Of a DNA stretch of 64,000 nt, positions 1 through 12,899 are shown in pieces. The notes under the pieces are model-generated. The model did no database searches, had not been told where the DNA came from, and saw only the letters and a list, made by a program, of their open reading frames with translations. The stretch's first letter is position 1, and the number at the start of each line of letters is the position of its first letter. This DNA is from Eledone cirrhosa (Eukaryota), in the NCBI GenBank assembly GCA_964016885.1, contig OZ024747.1:84878001-84942000 (forward strand), written 5' to 3'. A program made the position numbers and the translations under genes.

Positions 1-1056
1 TATCAGCTTGGTGAATAGGCAAAGATGTTACAGTGAGGAAAAATTGTTTTGCAGCATTTTTTCTGGCTTATTGTTCTCTGAGTTTCACATGTTGTCAAGG
101 TCAACTTTGTCTTTCGTCCTTTGAAGGTTGATAAAATAAAGTACCAGTCCAGAGTATTAGACTGGTGTAACTGTTAGAATGTCAGACAAGATGACTTGCA
201 GTATTTTTTTAAGCTCTTTGCCTATTTGATATAGTTGCGGGATCTTGTTTGGAGGAAAACTGGATTTTTAATCTTTTATTTCATATTCAACACACATTAT
301 GTCTGAACTATTTTGATATCAAATTGCCTGAAACTGTACTGGAGTTATGATACAAAACTGCTCATTTTAATGTTTATTCTTATATTAAAACCCTCCATCA
401 TAATTATATTTAGAAATTTTTGTTAAGTAATGTTCTAAATCTTAGCTTACTCATGAAAAACTTAATTATTTTATTAAATTCATCCAAATCTTTGGATATA
501 TTCTGAATTAGTTAAAACACTCAGGTAGTGTACTTCATTACATTAGAAATATGGTAATATATATTGTCAGACAGTGGAAGAGTGAAGTGGGGCACCATTG
601 TTGTGCTGTGCTTAGGGCATCAGTTCATCTTAATTTGGTTCTGGTGACTGTACAAGTGTGTGTGTGTGTGGTAATGTGATATAGCTGTTTTAATGTATAT
701 TTATATATACTAGCAGAAAAAGCACCTTTCGGGTAGTTTTCTGCTACCATGTGTAGTGTGTACATTGATATTATACGCAAGTATATATGCATGTAGATAT
801 GATACATCAAATAAAATCGTAATTGACAATATACACAGAAATTGAACGAAAACTGCGTTACACTGTCTTATGTAATCAGTAACGTAATCCATGATACATT
901 AAAAAAAGACGATATATATCTGCTAGCATGTGTAGTGTGTATATTGATATTATATGCAGGTATATATGCATGAAGATATGATCAAATAAAATCGTAATTG
1001 ACATTAGGAGAAAATTAGTGACGGAAATATATGAATATTTATTTAAACGATCACTA

Positions 1057-1066
1057 ACCGGAAGTG
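1057..1066 (+). promoter_or_regulatory. ETS-type motif ACCGGAAGTG upstream of the C19orf44-like gene
   Basis: Exact ETS consensus about 230 bp upstream of the ATG in otherwise CpG-poor DNA. Function is inferred only. Confidence 0.35.
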
Positions 1067-1290
1067 TTGACATTTGAAAATTTTAAAGAATTGAATCTTT
1101 AAATAAGTAATAAAATATATTTAATGAGCAGCCACGAAATTTACTAGATAAATTATGTAATATTCATTCATTATTTATTCAAAGTAATCCAACTTACTAA
1201 GGGGATAACAAATTATAAACCGTACGCAGTCCCGTGCTTCTTACTTTATTATAGTTTAGATTCCATTGTTATATTTGCAGCTCCTTCAAC

Positions 1291-1389
1291 ATGTACCGCA
1301 ATATTGGTTCTACTGATGCCTTACTCAACAGGGTTTCCCAGCAGCTCAATCAGAGCAGAAAGTCAACCAAGAGTAATGATGATTTGCAG
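1291..1389 (+). CDS. C19orf44: C19orf44-like coding exon 1 (MYRNIGSTDALLNRVSQQLNQSRKSTKSNDDLQ)
   Basis: Acceptor tttgcag ending 1280, ATG at 1291, donor CAG|gtattt at 1390, phase 0. Confidence 0.75.
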
Positions 1390-4300
1390 GTATTTCCTTT
1401 TAACATTGGTCTTTGGTCTTAGGTGAATACTGAAAAGCATTCTGTTCGATGTTCTAATAATTCTGCCAATTTATTGCTTGAATTAAGTTTACTAATTTTA
1501 TTTGATACAGTTCAACAACCTGGACTAAATGTATGAAAATCAACCAGGTATTGTTTAAAGTAAATGAGTTATCTAACCTTTTTGTTGCTGTAGGTGTGAA
1601 ATTGTTCTAGAAAACTGTTAAGGTTGATTTTTTTTTTTACTCTTATATTTCAGAACTACTTAAGTTCACTCAAGAAACAGACAAAAGGTAATACTGTGAC
1701 ATTCAAAGATATTAGTGATATCTCTCTCTCCAGTGATGACACAATTATTGACATCTCAGATTCAAGTAATGAGGATGTTCAGCCAAAATCTTTCAAAAAC
1801 GACTTAGATTTTCAAAGCAGTTTGTATATAAAGCCACCAACCAATCTGTCTGCAATGAATCAGAATCAAACAGATGAGATGTTAACCATGAAATCCTTTG
1901 ATTCAGAAACTGGTAACTTAATGCCTTCATTTCGAAAAGAGCGCAACTTCACACAGACCTCTTCTGCACTAGACAGAGCTTCTAAGTTATTTGCCAAGTT
2001 TGGAAAAAAATCTTCTGCTGTTAGTACGACTTCAATAGGCAAGTTACATAAAAATGATAATGATAAGGGATCCAAAAAATTTCAGAATGATAGAAAGAGC
2101 CAGGACAATGACTATGACAAATCTACTTCAGATGACAACATTGGGAAAAGTGGTCGGCGTTTTCTAAAGCCACAGCCATCTAAAGACTCTCTCAGTGGTG
2201 GTGCAGAGAAAGAATCAGATAAAAAATCTGAATTAAAAACAGGTTAGTTGACTATATTTATTTTCAACAATTAACATCCAGGGTGATTTTGTTAGATCTT
2301 TCTTATATTGATAATTTTGTTAGTTTAATTGTGGTAGCCATACTAAGTACCAATGGAATATTGGGATGTATGTATGTGGTTGGCCAAACAGTCCGTTCAT
2401 TTTTTGGTCAACACTAAACTTGGTGTATTCTAATAAGAAGCTAACTTCAGTCTATCTTTTGAGCATGTACACTTGTTAGATACTCGACACTTCAATGTAG
2501 TTTGACACAAACTTGTAATGAGACAGGTTTTATTTTGTGTGCTTGGGATCATCCTGAACTCATACACTGTTCACTTTTCTGACATTTGTACATTATTCTA
2601 TGTACTATACATGCACCTTTGATGAGTTGTAGTGCATCTGAGCACTGTACACAATAATTTTCATTATTATTATTATTATTAAAATGGAGAACCAAAACAA
2701 ACATTATCGTCACCTTGTGCTTTTTTATATAAAAAAAAAACTACAAGGAAGCAGCGGAAATCTGCTGGAAGATACATGCTGTGTACGGAGTGGATGCTGT
2801 TACGGAACGTGTGTGGAAGAAGTAGTTTTCAAGATTTCGATTGGGAAATTATTAGGTTCAAGATGCACCTCATTCTGGCTAGCCAACTGAGATTAACAAC
2901 AAGAAAATGAACGAGTTAGTCAACACCAACTCCAGTTATATGACCAAGATGATAAGAGATATTTAAATGTTAATAACCACTTGTATCAACTTGTTTATGT
3001 CAGCAGGCTCGATGTTTGAGTCCTACATTTAATTGATGTCATACACCAGTCTTGCAGTTTCTTCACTCTTTCATGTTGTGTTGTTTTGCAGAAAGTGTCA
3101 AAGAAGTCTCACATAGTTATTCAGGTGTGACATCAGGTGATGAAAGTCTGGCAGAATTTATTGGTAGACTTGAATCTCCAATTGAAGAAACACAGGAAGA
3201 CATAACAAAAGAAAATGTAAGTTAATCACTGATTTAAATCTTAAATCACTTTTTTTTTATTGATTAGTCAAGGAAAGGGAATGACCGTTTTCAGTCTATG
3301 ACCCTTTTCAGGACCTTTAAGGCTGGCTATAAAATAGATCATTTAACTATAGACCTGGCTTGAATAAAGCACTCAATGCCCAGATGGTGGTATTAAACTG
3401 GGTGATAGATTAAGTCTACCAACTAAGGATCAGGTGGTGGTATTAAATTGGGTGATAGATTAAGTTGACCACTCAAGGACCAGGTACTAGTAGTAAAATG
3501 TATGACAGATTATGTCCACTATGTAAGAGCCAGGTGGTGGTGTTAAACTTGGTGATGGATTAAATCTACAACTGAAGTAGGGTCACGGTGGGATTTGAAT
3601 TGAGAGTGCAAAGGGACAGAACAAATACCACAAGGTATTTCATCCAATACCCTGACAGTGCCATTAGTCTATGGTCCTGGACTGGTATTTATTTCAATTA
3701 CCCCAAAAAGATGAAAGGCAAAGTTAACTTTGGAGAGATCTGAAGCAAATGGTGCAAGGCATTTTGTCCTAAGTTGAGACAACTCTGCCAATTCATTGAC
3801 ATTACTTCTCTGCCTTTCAGAGAATTTTTGTAGTTTGCTTTGATTTACAAACACTTTGATTATTATTGTGAAGGCATTTGGCTTGGTGGTTAGGGTGTTT
3901 GATTTACAATGGTCATATTGTAGGTTTGATTCTTAGACTTGGTGCTGCAATGAACTCCTGAAGAAATCATCTCATTTCACATTGCTACAGTTCATTTAGC
4001 TGAAAATTAGTACTAGTAGCAGCTAGGGGTAACTCAGTGTTAACAAACTTATTATTAAACTAGTGCTTGGAACATAACAAAAATTCTTACATAGAAATAT
4101 AATGAAATGATTTTAGATAGCTATAAACACTTTAAATCAGTTTAGTATCATAGAACCAAGAACATTTTCAGGTGGTTTGACATCAAAAGGGTTAAGTTGG
4201 TGTTTAGAACATAATTTAAGAAAGGTTCATACTTCGAATTATGATGAAAGTTTGTTTTTAGATAAATATGTACAGTCTCTGCAGCTAGGGACTCTGCAAT

Positions 4301-7300
4301 TGTCATGTCCTCATGACATGTCATGTTTTTTATCATAGGACAAGGAGTGGTTTCATGTGATTTGGTATCAATCCTAGTATTTGATGGAAGGCAAAATTTG
4401 AACTCAGAATATAAATTCTGTAACTAAATACTACAGAGTATTTTGTTGAAAACTCTAATGATTTTACTACTCCACCACCCTTTTTAATAACAACAATAAT
4501 ACTACTTCAATTTTTTTCTTCCACTAGAAGCAGAATAAAAATGTATCAACAACATTAAAATTGAAATCACAAAAGTCACAAATCTCCCATTTACGTGTAC
4601 GGAGGAGTCCTTCACCATCACTTAAAATTGCCACCACACGCACACCTTCACCAGGGATCAAATCTTCTATTGAGGACATAACAATTGCAGAGACTATACC
4701 AGAAGAAGATGTAGCAGATGTAGAGGAAGTTCTGTCTCAAAGTACTGAAACAGAAGGGGCGCAGGACTTGAATGAAGGCCTTTCTAGAAGTTAGTATAAT
4801 TTTAACTCTTTCATTGTCATATTTCTAATTAAATGCACTGCCTATATATTTCAATTCGTTTTGACAATAACCTGAAAATTTTATGGAATTCAATTAACCA
4901 TGCTTTTTATTAGTAAGCTGATATTTAGAGCATTGTTTTACAAAAATCTATTTAGAAAAAGATTTTGATGAGAGTTTTAATATGTACGAAATTATCATCC
5001 AGTGAAATGTATGAAAATACAACATAGAATATTTCTGCATATTTCTGACATATTTATAAATTTCAATGAAAATAACTATGACAATTGGGACAGGACATCT
5101 ACCCTAGAGATCAGGCCACCTGTGGTTCGATGAGTAACCCTCGAATGTCTCCCCCCCTACTGAGGAATCCGTTTTGTTTGAATTTTTTATTGTTATCTTT
5201 CCCTTTTAACACTGTTAAAATTTGTTTACATGTACCCCCCCCTCCCCCCCACACACACTATGTTTATGTCCTGTACTATCATAATGATTTTCTTGATAAA
5301 CGGAAAAAATGAAACGAAATTTCATTTCTCACTCTTAGTACGGCTGTTACTTAAATATAAGTATGTATACGTACATACATATATGTATACAGACGTACAG
5401 TAGTATATATATATACATACTACTGTACGTATACATACTTAGATTTTCTTGATGTAAACCCTTTATGATTAATAAAGAAATCATCCTTATTATTATTATT
5501 ACATAATTTTACTTCTATTTTTATTTATTTCCAGTGAACATTTACAATATTGATGATTTAGAACCTGCCAGTAACTCTGCTGTTTCTATGGGAAAAAATG
5601 AAACAAGAGAACACAGTGAACAACAACAAACATCTCAGACACAAAGGAAAAAACAATTAACACACAGGAAAGAATCAGTGATATCAATTAGTGAAGATAT
5701 TCCCGAGAGAGACACGGCAGTAGATATCTTCTCCTCTTTTGGAGTTCATGGCATCGAAGAACTCCTGCCTAGGAACCAGCAGTCATCTTTAAGTAATTAT
5801 CAGACTACTATAAGTACATCTACCATTATCAAAACTGCATCACATCTAGAGGGATCAGTTGAAGAGATAGTGTTTGAAAATCCTTCGGTGTCTGTTACGT
5901 CATTGAGCAGGAAAAAATCTCCTTCCCAAGCTGTGATAGGAAGCTATTCTGAAGATTTCACCTCTTTGAGTAGTTCTAAATGTGAAGGTGAAGAATACAC
6001 TGAAGACTTCCACACTGTCTCAGTTTCCAAAACAGTTGATTCAGTTTCCAACACTTCAACAATTTATGTAACAAAGTATGTATGATCCAGCAGATTTTTA
6101 TCTTTTTGGTGGCTGCTGTTGTTTTTATTACTGCTGTTGTTGCTGTTGTTTTTATTACTGTTGTTATGATGATGCTGTTATTGCTATTGTTTTTATTAGT
6201 GTTATTGCTGTTAATGCAATTATTGTTGTTGTAGTTATCGTTGTTGTTGTTGTTGTTGCTGCTGTTATTTCTGTTGTTGTGGATGTGTGATATGTATTTT
6301 TGTGAATGTTTCTTGCGCATTGCTGGAGTATGTGTGTGCCGTATATACACTTATATATGTGTGTATGCATATGTGCCTGTCTGGGTGTGTGTGTGTATAT
6401 GAGTGTGTATACATTTGTGCCTGTTTGAATGTGTGTGTGTGCGAGTTTGTGCTGGAGAGATGTATATTTTGTTCGTAATGGTGTGTTTAGTGTCAATGCG
6501 GGCGAGGTGTGAAATTGCGAGCGAGCAAGTGAATGAGAGAGCGAGCTTAGCTGTTTGTATATTGTGCTTGAGCAGAGTTGAAATATATACTGACGTCATG
6601 AATTGTTTCCCTTGCATACAGATATCAATATTAGTATTTACTTGGTATTAAACTAAACTATGTATGCTTATTTAAATACAAAGCTATATTTCCACATTTC
6701 CACATGGATCGTGTATGAGGTCGATAAAATAAAGTACTAGTTACACACTGGGGTCGATTCAATCGACTTTTCCCTCTCCCCAAATTGCTGGCCTTATGTC
6801 TAAATCAAAACCCAACGCCATGCTCTGCAGCATAGTTACGTCCCTTTACGGTCTGAGTTCAAATCCCGTCCAGGTTAACTTTGCCTTTCATCCTTACGGG
6901 GTTGATAAAATAAAGTACCAGTAATGCACTGGGTAATTGCTGGCCTTGTACTAAAAGTAGAAACAATTATTATTGTAAAATAGTTAGTGTTCGACAAAAT
7001 GTTTTGTGGTATTTGTTCTGGTTCTTTATGTGCTCTTAATGATCAACTTTACCTTTCTTCTTTCGGTGTGAGGGTGAGGGTGGTGTAAACTATAGTACCA
7101 ATATAATCGACTTTCCCTTCCCCCAAATTGCTGAACGTATATCTAAATATAAAACAGTGCAAGATGGGATATAGAGTTGCCTCCCTTTCAGGTTTCTTAG
7201 CTACTAATAAAAAAAGAAAAGAAAACCAGATTGATAAAATATGTAGCAGTTTGAAATATGTACTAGGGAGGGCGGTGTTTATTATGATTTACTAAAACGC

Positions 7301-10300
7301 ATTGAAAGCTGAAGTCCAAAGGTCAAAACTAGTAAAAGAGTAGAAATACAACTTTTACTTTCTTTCAATAAATCTATTCGTATATAACTGTGTGTGTGTG
7401 TGTTTGAGAGAGAGAGAGATAGAGAGAGGGCAAATGATTGGGTAGAGAAGGAAGGTAAGGAAAATGAGAAAATTCTAGTAAAGCATTTTTGTTGTTGTTG
7501 TTGTTATTTCTGCATCTTAAATAGAATTTTATATCCATTCTAGATCGAAAGTGTCGAAGAAGAAACATGAACACAAAACTAGTAAAAACAGGAACAATGT
7601 TGGAACTCAAACACAAGATACAGATTTCAAGCCTTGTTGGGAATGTCTTTACAAGAATCAAGATTGGAAAGGCCGACCTTTATACTCTGACAGCAGAACT
7701 AATAATTCACCTCCTAAAACAAAATCTCATCCTTGTAATATCCACTTACCCATGAGTAAGATAATGTGTTTATTGCTTTTGACTGATTACAAATGTTTAC
7801 TTTCACTGTTTCTAGATGTTTTACAATGAGTTGCTTCTGTTTATGTCAACCCATACTTCTCTATGTGGTGGAGATTCACTGACTTAATGGTGTTTTGGAG
7901 GTACAGACATCCACAAACAAACACAGGTCTGAGGTTGTAGTTGAAGGTACTTGCTCAAGGTCATGCAGCACAACAGAACCCAGAACTACATGTTTTAGAA
8001 GTGAACTTCTAAAGCACACAGCCATGATTTCCCCTAATCACTGGAAATAAAACTTACTGATCCTTCTCCACTAAACATGGTGGAATAACTTTTATGAAAT
8101 TACAAATATATATACAGTCTACTCTGTAAAGTGGTAGTGCCTGAGTCACGATAAATGGTTCCCAGTCCACTGAGGTGGTTGGCATTGGGAAAAGCATACA
8201 AGTAGGACGTGGTCCCGTAATTGGTCTGACCTCATCATGGGACAACTTGTCTAACCTGTGCAAGCTTAGAAAATAGATGTTAAATGGTGATGATATACAT
8301 ACACACACACATGTTGTATGTAGGTGTACACACACACATGTTGTATGGAGGTGTTATGTAAAATTCTGTAAAAAAATAGTATCCAAATCTTAGTAGACAT
8401 AGAAAATTACATGTTATAATTTAAAGTGCTTTATGTATGTTCCAAGTTATACAGTTTTGTACCTACATAGATAAAATTGAGTTCAAATCCCACCAAGGTC
8501 AACTTTGCCTTTCATCCTTTTGAGGTCGATAAAAAAATGTATAAGTCTAGTACTAAGGTCAATTCATTCTCTTTCTCACTTCCTCTCTCCTTTTCTGGAA
8601 GAAATTGGCTGTGATCATACCCAAAGAAGGATGGGCTCTGCTAGATTCATAATGCCCAAGACATGCCATATATCACTAGAATGACCCTACAACTCCATCA
8701 GGAGTTATGGATCTGTCAATACCATACAGATGAAATATGGCATCTTGTCAAGAAACTCATGAACTATGTGATTTTTCTAATAATTTCTCTAAATCTAAGC
8801 AAAGCTAGGTATTGCTGTTGGTTACATATATTCTTGAAGATGGTGTTCTTTTAACCTTCCTAGCTCAAAAATATATTAGTGAAATTCTCCTATAAGTGTT
8901 AATGTAATAATAAATAAATATAAAAATAGTTATTTTGTGAGGCCTGTCCAAAGCTGGTAATAGACACAGACTATATGCAAAACATGGATTACGGGTATAT
9001 ACATCTATATTTAGGGTACATGATGTACATATAACTAACAGAACAGAATTATAGAACGAGAACTTGAGGGTAGTAGGTTCTCCCCTCTCAAAAATGTAAG
9101 CCCATGCCAACTGTCCCACTCTCCTGATCTGGTTTGTGTGTTATTAAACTGATCCAATTTCTTTTTAGTTTTATGGTCATGTAAGGGTTACATTTGCTTT
9201 ATTACTTTGTCTCCAGACCAGAATGTTTACATCCCTAATCTACAGGCCATCCAAGACTTGATGAAACAGCAAATAGAATTTACGCAGCAGTTCTGTGAAT
9301 CTCAGAAATACCTTTATCATAATCTCACAGATTCTATTCGGCCAACCTATCTATACACCACACTGAAAGATACCAAAGAGGTAACTTGATAACTTTGGAA
9401 TTATTCAAGAATTTTGTGTGTTTGTGTTTGTGTGTGTGTGTGTGTTTTATATTGTGAGCGGTCCCCTGGATATTGTGTTGAGGTTCTTTTATTGACTTGA
9501 ATAAGTAACAGTTCTGTACTACTTTAGATTCAATCAGCTATGGCCCTCTTCATTAAAATGTTTATAGTCTTCTAATAAATATGAATTGTAATAAAAAAAA
9601 GACTCACAATTTGAAGGTTGTGAGTTCAATTCGGGTGGTCCTTTGTGTTCTTGAACGAGACACAAACTATATTAACCTTTACCATTCTCTTGGGTAACAT
9701 TGGTGTTGTGGAGAAGGAAGACTTGCATGTGTGGGTGACCTGTTAGTCTTCCACAAAAATACCTTGCCCTAGCCCATTCCTTGTAGTTAGTCTTCCGTAT
9801 CATCATTATTATTGTAGAAACAATTATTATTGTTTAACATCTGTTTTCCCTGGTAGCAAAGGCTGAGCAACTTGTCATCAGACCAGATTGGTACTCAAGA
9901 AGAGCTACTGACCCTTTGGATGGGCCAAGGGCCTGCATCTCACATACATACGTTCCTCTACTCTACTGAGTGCTCAGATTGGCCAGCAGTCTTCAACTTA
10001 CTTATGTACGAACCCATGCTCTGTTAAGTGCATTTTATCATGGCACCAGCACAAGGGAGGTTGTTGTGCATGGGACACAACTGAAGAGTCCTCCTGACCC
10101 TTTGTTTGACAATTTTTCTGTAGCTAGATGCCCTGCCTATTACAATGTACTTTACAGTGTGTACTGGGTGCGTTTATCATGTAAATCACCAACACAAGGG
10201 AGTTGTCAGATAATAAAACCCATGACTAGTCAGGGGGCCCTTTCCTTTTATCTTATATCATCATCATTACCATGATGGCTTTTGGTTTTAATATTTCTTC

Positions 10301-10401
10301 TCTTCTTTCTCTTCTCCCCACAGTACATCAAGAAACATCAGAAACCAAAACTAACTTTGAAAAAAGCTTTAAAATTGGTCGATTTAGAAGCACGGCTTTA
10401 G
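1291..10401 (+). CDS. C19orf44: C19orf44-like protein (DUF4614 C-terminal domain), 8 coding exons, about 689 aa
   Basis: Exons 1291-1389, 1654-2242, 3092-3216, 4528-4789, 5535-6075, 7544-7755, 9217-9380, 10324-10401. All introns are GT-AG with matching phases (0,1,0,1,2,1,0); total 2070 nt, open frame. Ser/Glu/Lys-rich disordered body. The C-terminus PNLQAIQDLMKQQIEFTQQFCESQKYLY...YLYTTLKDTKEYIKKHQKPKLTLKKALKLV matches my recollection of the C19orf44/DUF4614 motif (LxDMLKQQLxLTQQF...YHTLEEAKEYI...PLTxxxAL). Confidence 0.85.
1654..2242 (+). CDS. C19orf44: C19orf44-like coding exon 2
   Basis: Acceptor tttcag ending 1653; lies in ORF 1624..2247; donor AG|gttagt, phase 1. Confidence 0.85.
2377..3030 (+). 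mobile_element. Mariner transposon relic (N-terminal transposase, disrupted) in intron 2
   Basis: MENQNKHYRHLVLFY...KIHAVYGVDAVTERV.KK*FSRFR.G...DAPHSG*P, with a degenerate WVPH-like end; contains stops and frameshifts. Confidence 0.75.
3092..3216 (+). CDS. C19orf44: C19orf44-like coding exon 3
   Basis: Acceptor ttttgcag; reads ESVKEVSHSYSGVTSGDESLAEFIGRLESPIEETQEDITKEN; donor gtaagt, phase 0. Confidence 0.8.
3331..3580 (+). repeat. 50-bp minisatellite x4-5
   Basis: caggtggtggtattaaa.tgggtgatagattaagt units at 3381, 3431, 3481 and 3531. Confidence 0.85.
4528..4789 (+). CDS. C19orf44: C19orf44-like coding exon 4
   Basis: Polypyrimidine tract plus tag acceptor; in frame with ORF 4561..4794; donor A|gttagt, phase 1. 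Confidence 0.8.
5535..6075 (+). CDS. C19orf44: C19orf44-like coding exon 5
   Basis: Acceptor tttccag; ORF 5534..6085 with YSEDF/YTEDF acidic motifs; donor AA|gtatgt, phase 2. Confidence 0.85.
7544..7755 (+). CDS. C19orf44: C19orf44-like coding exon 6
   Basis: Acceptor ttctag; frame of ORF 7551..7829 (contains VGTQT); donor A|gtaaga, phase 1. Confidence 0.8.
9217..9380 (+). CDS. C19orf44: C19orf44-like coding exon 7 (DUF4614 core)
   Basis: Acceptor ctccag; ORF 9207..9389; donor GAG|gtaact, phase 0. Confidence 0.88.
10324..10401 (+). CDS. C19orf44: C19orf44-like last coding exon (YIKKHQKPKLTLKKALKLVDLEARL*)
   Basis: Long polypyrimidine tract plus cag ending 10323; TAG stop 10399-10401; AATAAA cluster at about 10690-10740. 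Confidence 0.85.
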   Translation, partial: YIKKHQKPKLTLKKALKLVDLEARL

Positions 10402-10519
10402 TAATTTAAGAAATGCTTTTAAACACTCAATACACAGTATATCCATCCAGTGTTGCCCACTTTACAGTCTCATGTTGTCGTTGTTGGTCATCATTATACT
10501 CAGGATTTGTTTTCAAATA

Positions 10520-10665
10520 CAAGACTTTGTGAGAGCTAACCTCAAATTGCTGAGACTCACAGAGGAGATGACGAAAGAACGTGGTGAGTAGAGAGATGCC
10601 AAGCTGAGAAGGACCCGTCCAACCCATGCAAGCGTGGAAAAACGGATGTAAAAATGATGATGAAG
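10520..10665 (+). mobile_element. RTE-like 3' end in the probable C19orf44 3' UTR
   Basis: ccaacccatgcaagcgtggaaaaacggatgtaaaa(atg)n terminus; similar ends at about 11990 (minus), 27945 and 42975. Confidence 0.5.
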
Positions 10666-11441
10666 ACAAGGACATGTATGTAAAAATAATAATAAATAAA
10701 ATAAAATAAATAGTCCCATTATTTTGTTAAATAATAAAGAAAATTATTTTGTTATTTTTTTAATGTTGCTTCCAGTTTCTATTTTGTTTTTACTGTTTAG
10801 TGAGGGCAGGAGGAGTATGACACTTTTCTGAGTCTCTAAGACTGGGAAGTTATCCTCAAACTTTACAACAAAGAAGACTGTCAAAGGCATTAGAGGGTGA
10901 TATGGTAGTCTTAAATGAAGCAATAGATTAAGTTAGTCAACCCATGTATATGTATGTTGTTAACTGATGAGGTGGTATTGAGAACTTGTCTGTGCATGAC
11001 GTCATTGGCTGATCTATGCAAGGGAGACAACTGCCATGGTTTCAAATGATGGGAAATATTTTTTAACTCAATAGAGACAAAAAAAAAAATGGAGGGAATT
11101 ATTAGGTTAATAAGGAGAGAGGTATAGAAGAAATTCTTCCCTTCATGCTATTCTTTATTAGCATTAGAAACATAGATTCAGTCATTTTACTCAATCCTGC
11201 GAATTTCTGTGATGGTAGTGGCAGTGGCACCGTCATTGTCCAGAAAATATAAAAAAAATACAGTTTACAATGAGACAGAATTTCTAATAACAGGTGTATC
11301 GGGTGAATTGAACTCTTTTAGAAGAATAGACAGGACACATGTTGACTCTGGGCTTAAGTGACCAACGTTTTTTTTCCTGGAAGGAAAAGCCTTAACCCAT
11401 ATCATAGGCTCTTCTTGAAGCCAACTTTTAGTTAATTTTTT

Positions 11442-11696
11442 TTAACCCTTTCATTACCATATTTCTAATGAAATATACTTCCCGTGTGTTTCAGTTAATT
11501 TTAAAATAACCCAAAATTTGGAAGAATTGAACAAAATAACTTGAGTTTTTCATTTGTAAGTTGGTATTTGGAATATTACTTTAAAAGAATTTCTAAACTA
11601 ATGTTATGATGGTTAGTAGGTATACATTTTAAGATGAGCAGTCTTGTATCATAGATCCAGGGCAGTTTCAGGCGGGTTGGTATCAAAAGGATTGAT
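11442..11696. mobile_element. piggyBac-like MITE
   Basis: TTAACCCTTT...aaaaggattga ends; related ends near 4195, 4802, 14448 and 17800. Confidence 0.5.
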
Positions 11697-12389
11697 CAAG
11701 GTACAGATCTTTAATCCTTTAACCACTGAGGTGTGGTGCTTCTGATTATTTGAAACATAAACAGATATACAACCAGCACAGTACAATCACAGATGTTAAA
11801 TGTGTTGATAGAGCCTTGATTATGCTGTAAATATCAGGTTTTAGAGGTATGTGTATTTCAAGCTTGTTTGAACAATATCAGCATGTAAAAACAGATTTAG
11901 GTAAGTGCTTTCTACTCTACTTTCAGGGTTACTTGTGCTTTGCGAGTGAATTTGGTAGACAAAAACTATAAGGAAGTTGGTCATACACATCGGTTTTATG
12001 TCTGCTTTTCCACGGTTGCATGAGTTGGATAGGTTCTTCTCAGCATAATACTTCTCCACATATCGCAATCCTTTGCCATCTCCTCCATGAATCTCAATGA
12101 TTTGTGGTCAGCTCTCAACCTCTGCCCAGGTCTTCTGATATATATATATATATCCGCATCATTGTCATCATTATCAATTAACATCTGTTTTCCCTGCTAG
12201 CAAAGGTTGGACTGGTCATCACAGACTGGATCAGTACTTAAGTAAAGCAACTGACCTTTAGAGGCCTGTATCTCACTTGTATATTTGCCTACCCTCTATA
12301 TCAGTTTTGGCTCTGTCTGGGATTTGAATTTATAACTGTGTCACTGAAGCAAACAGAAAGCTTCTAGTGTTACAATAACAGGAAATATG

Positions 12390-12662
12390 AGTTGAACTGG
12401 ACTGGGTTGTGGTGAACTAAACTGAGTTGTGCTGAACTGAGCTGAAATGAACTAAACTAAGTTGTGCAGAACTGAGCTGAAATGAACTAAACTGAGTTGT
12501 GCAGAACTGAGCTGAGGTGAACTAAACTGAGTTGTGCAGAACTGAGCTGAGGTGAACTAAACTGAGTTGTGCAGAACTGAGCTGAGGTGAACTAAACTGA
12601 GTTGTGCAGAACTGAGCTGAAATGAACTAAACTGAGTTGAATTAAGCTGAGTTGGAATGAGC
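12390..12662 (+). repeat. 35-bp minisatellite built from GAACT/GAGCT/GAGTT pentamers
   Basis: gaactaaactgagttgtgcagaactgagctgaggt repeated 6-7 times. Confidence 0.9.
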
Positions 12663-12899
12663 TATAAATTGTTTAATATTTGTCAAGTAACAACAAAAAC
12701 AACAAAAACAACAACGATTGATATTATCATTATGAGAATTTATTACATAGGTATGAAGCCATTTATTTGTAGGGAATGAAAATGAGACCTAGCGATGTAT
12801 ACCTTTCCCAATGATATTAGCGACGTAAGTGAAACAGCTCCATTAAGGAGGCATCAAATTTGCATGCCAAGAATTTGCAATCACACTTGTATAATAATA

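Noticed and set aside
12390-12662. Resemblance to immunoglobulin switch-region GAGCT repeats
   Set aside because: No Ig locus context; an ordinary pentamer-derived minisatellite.
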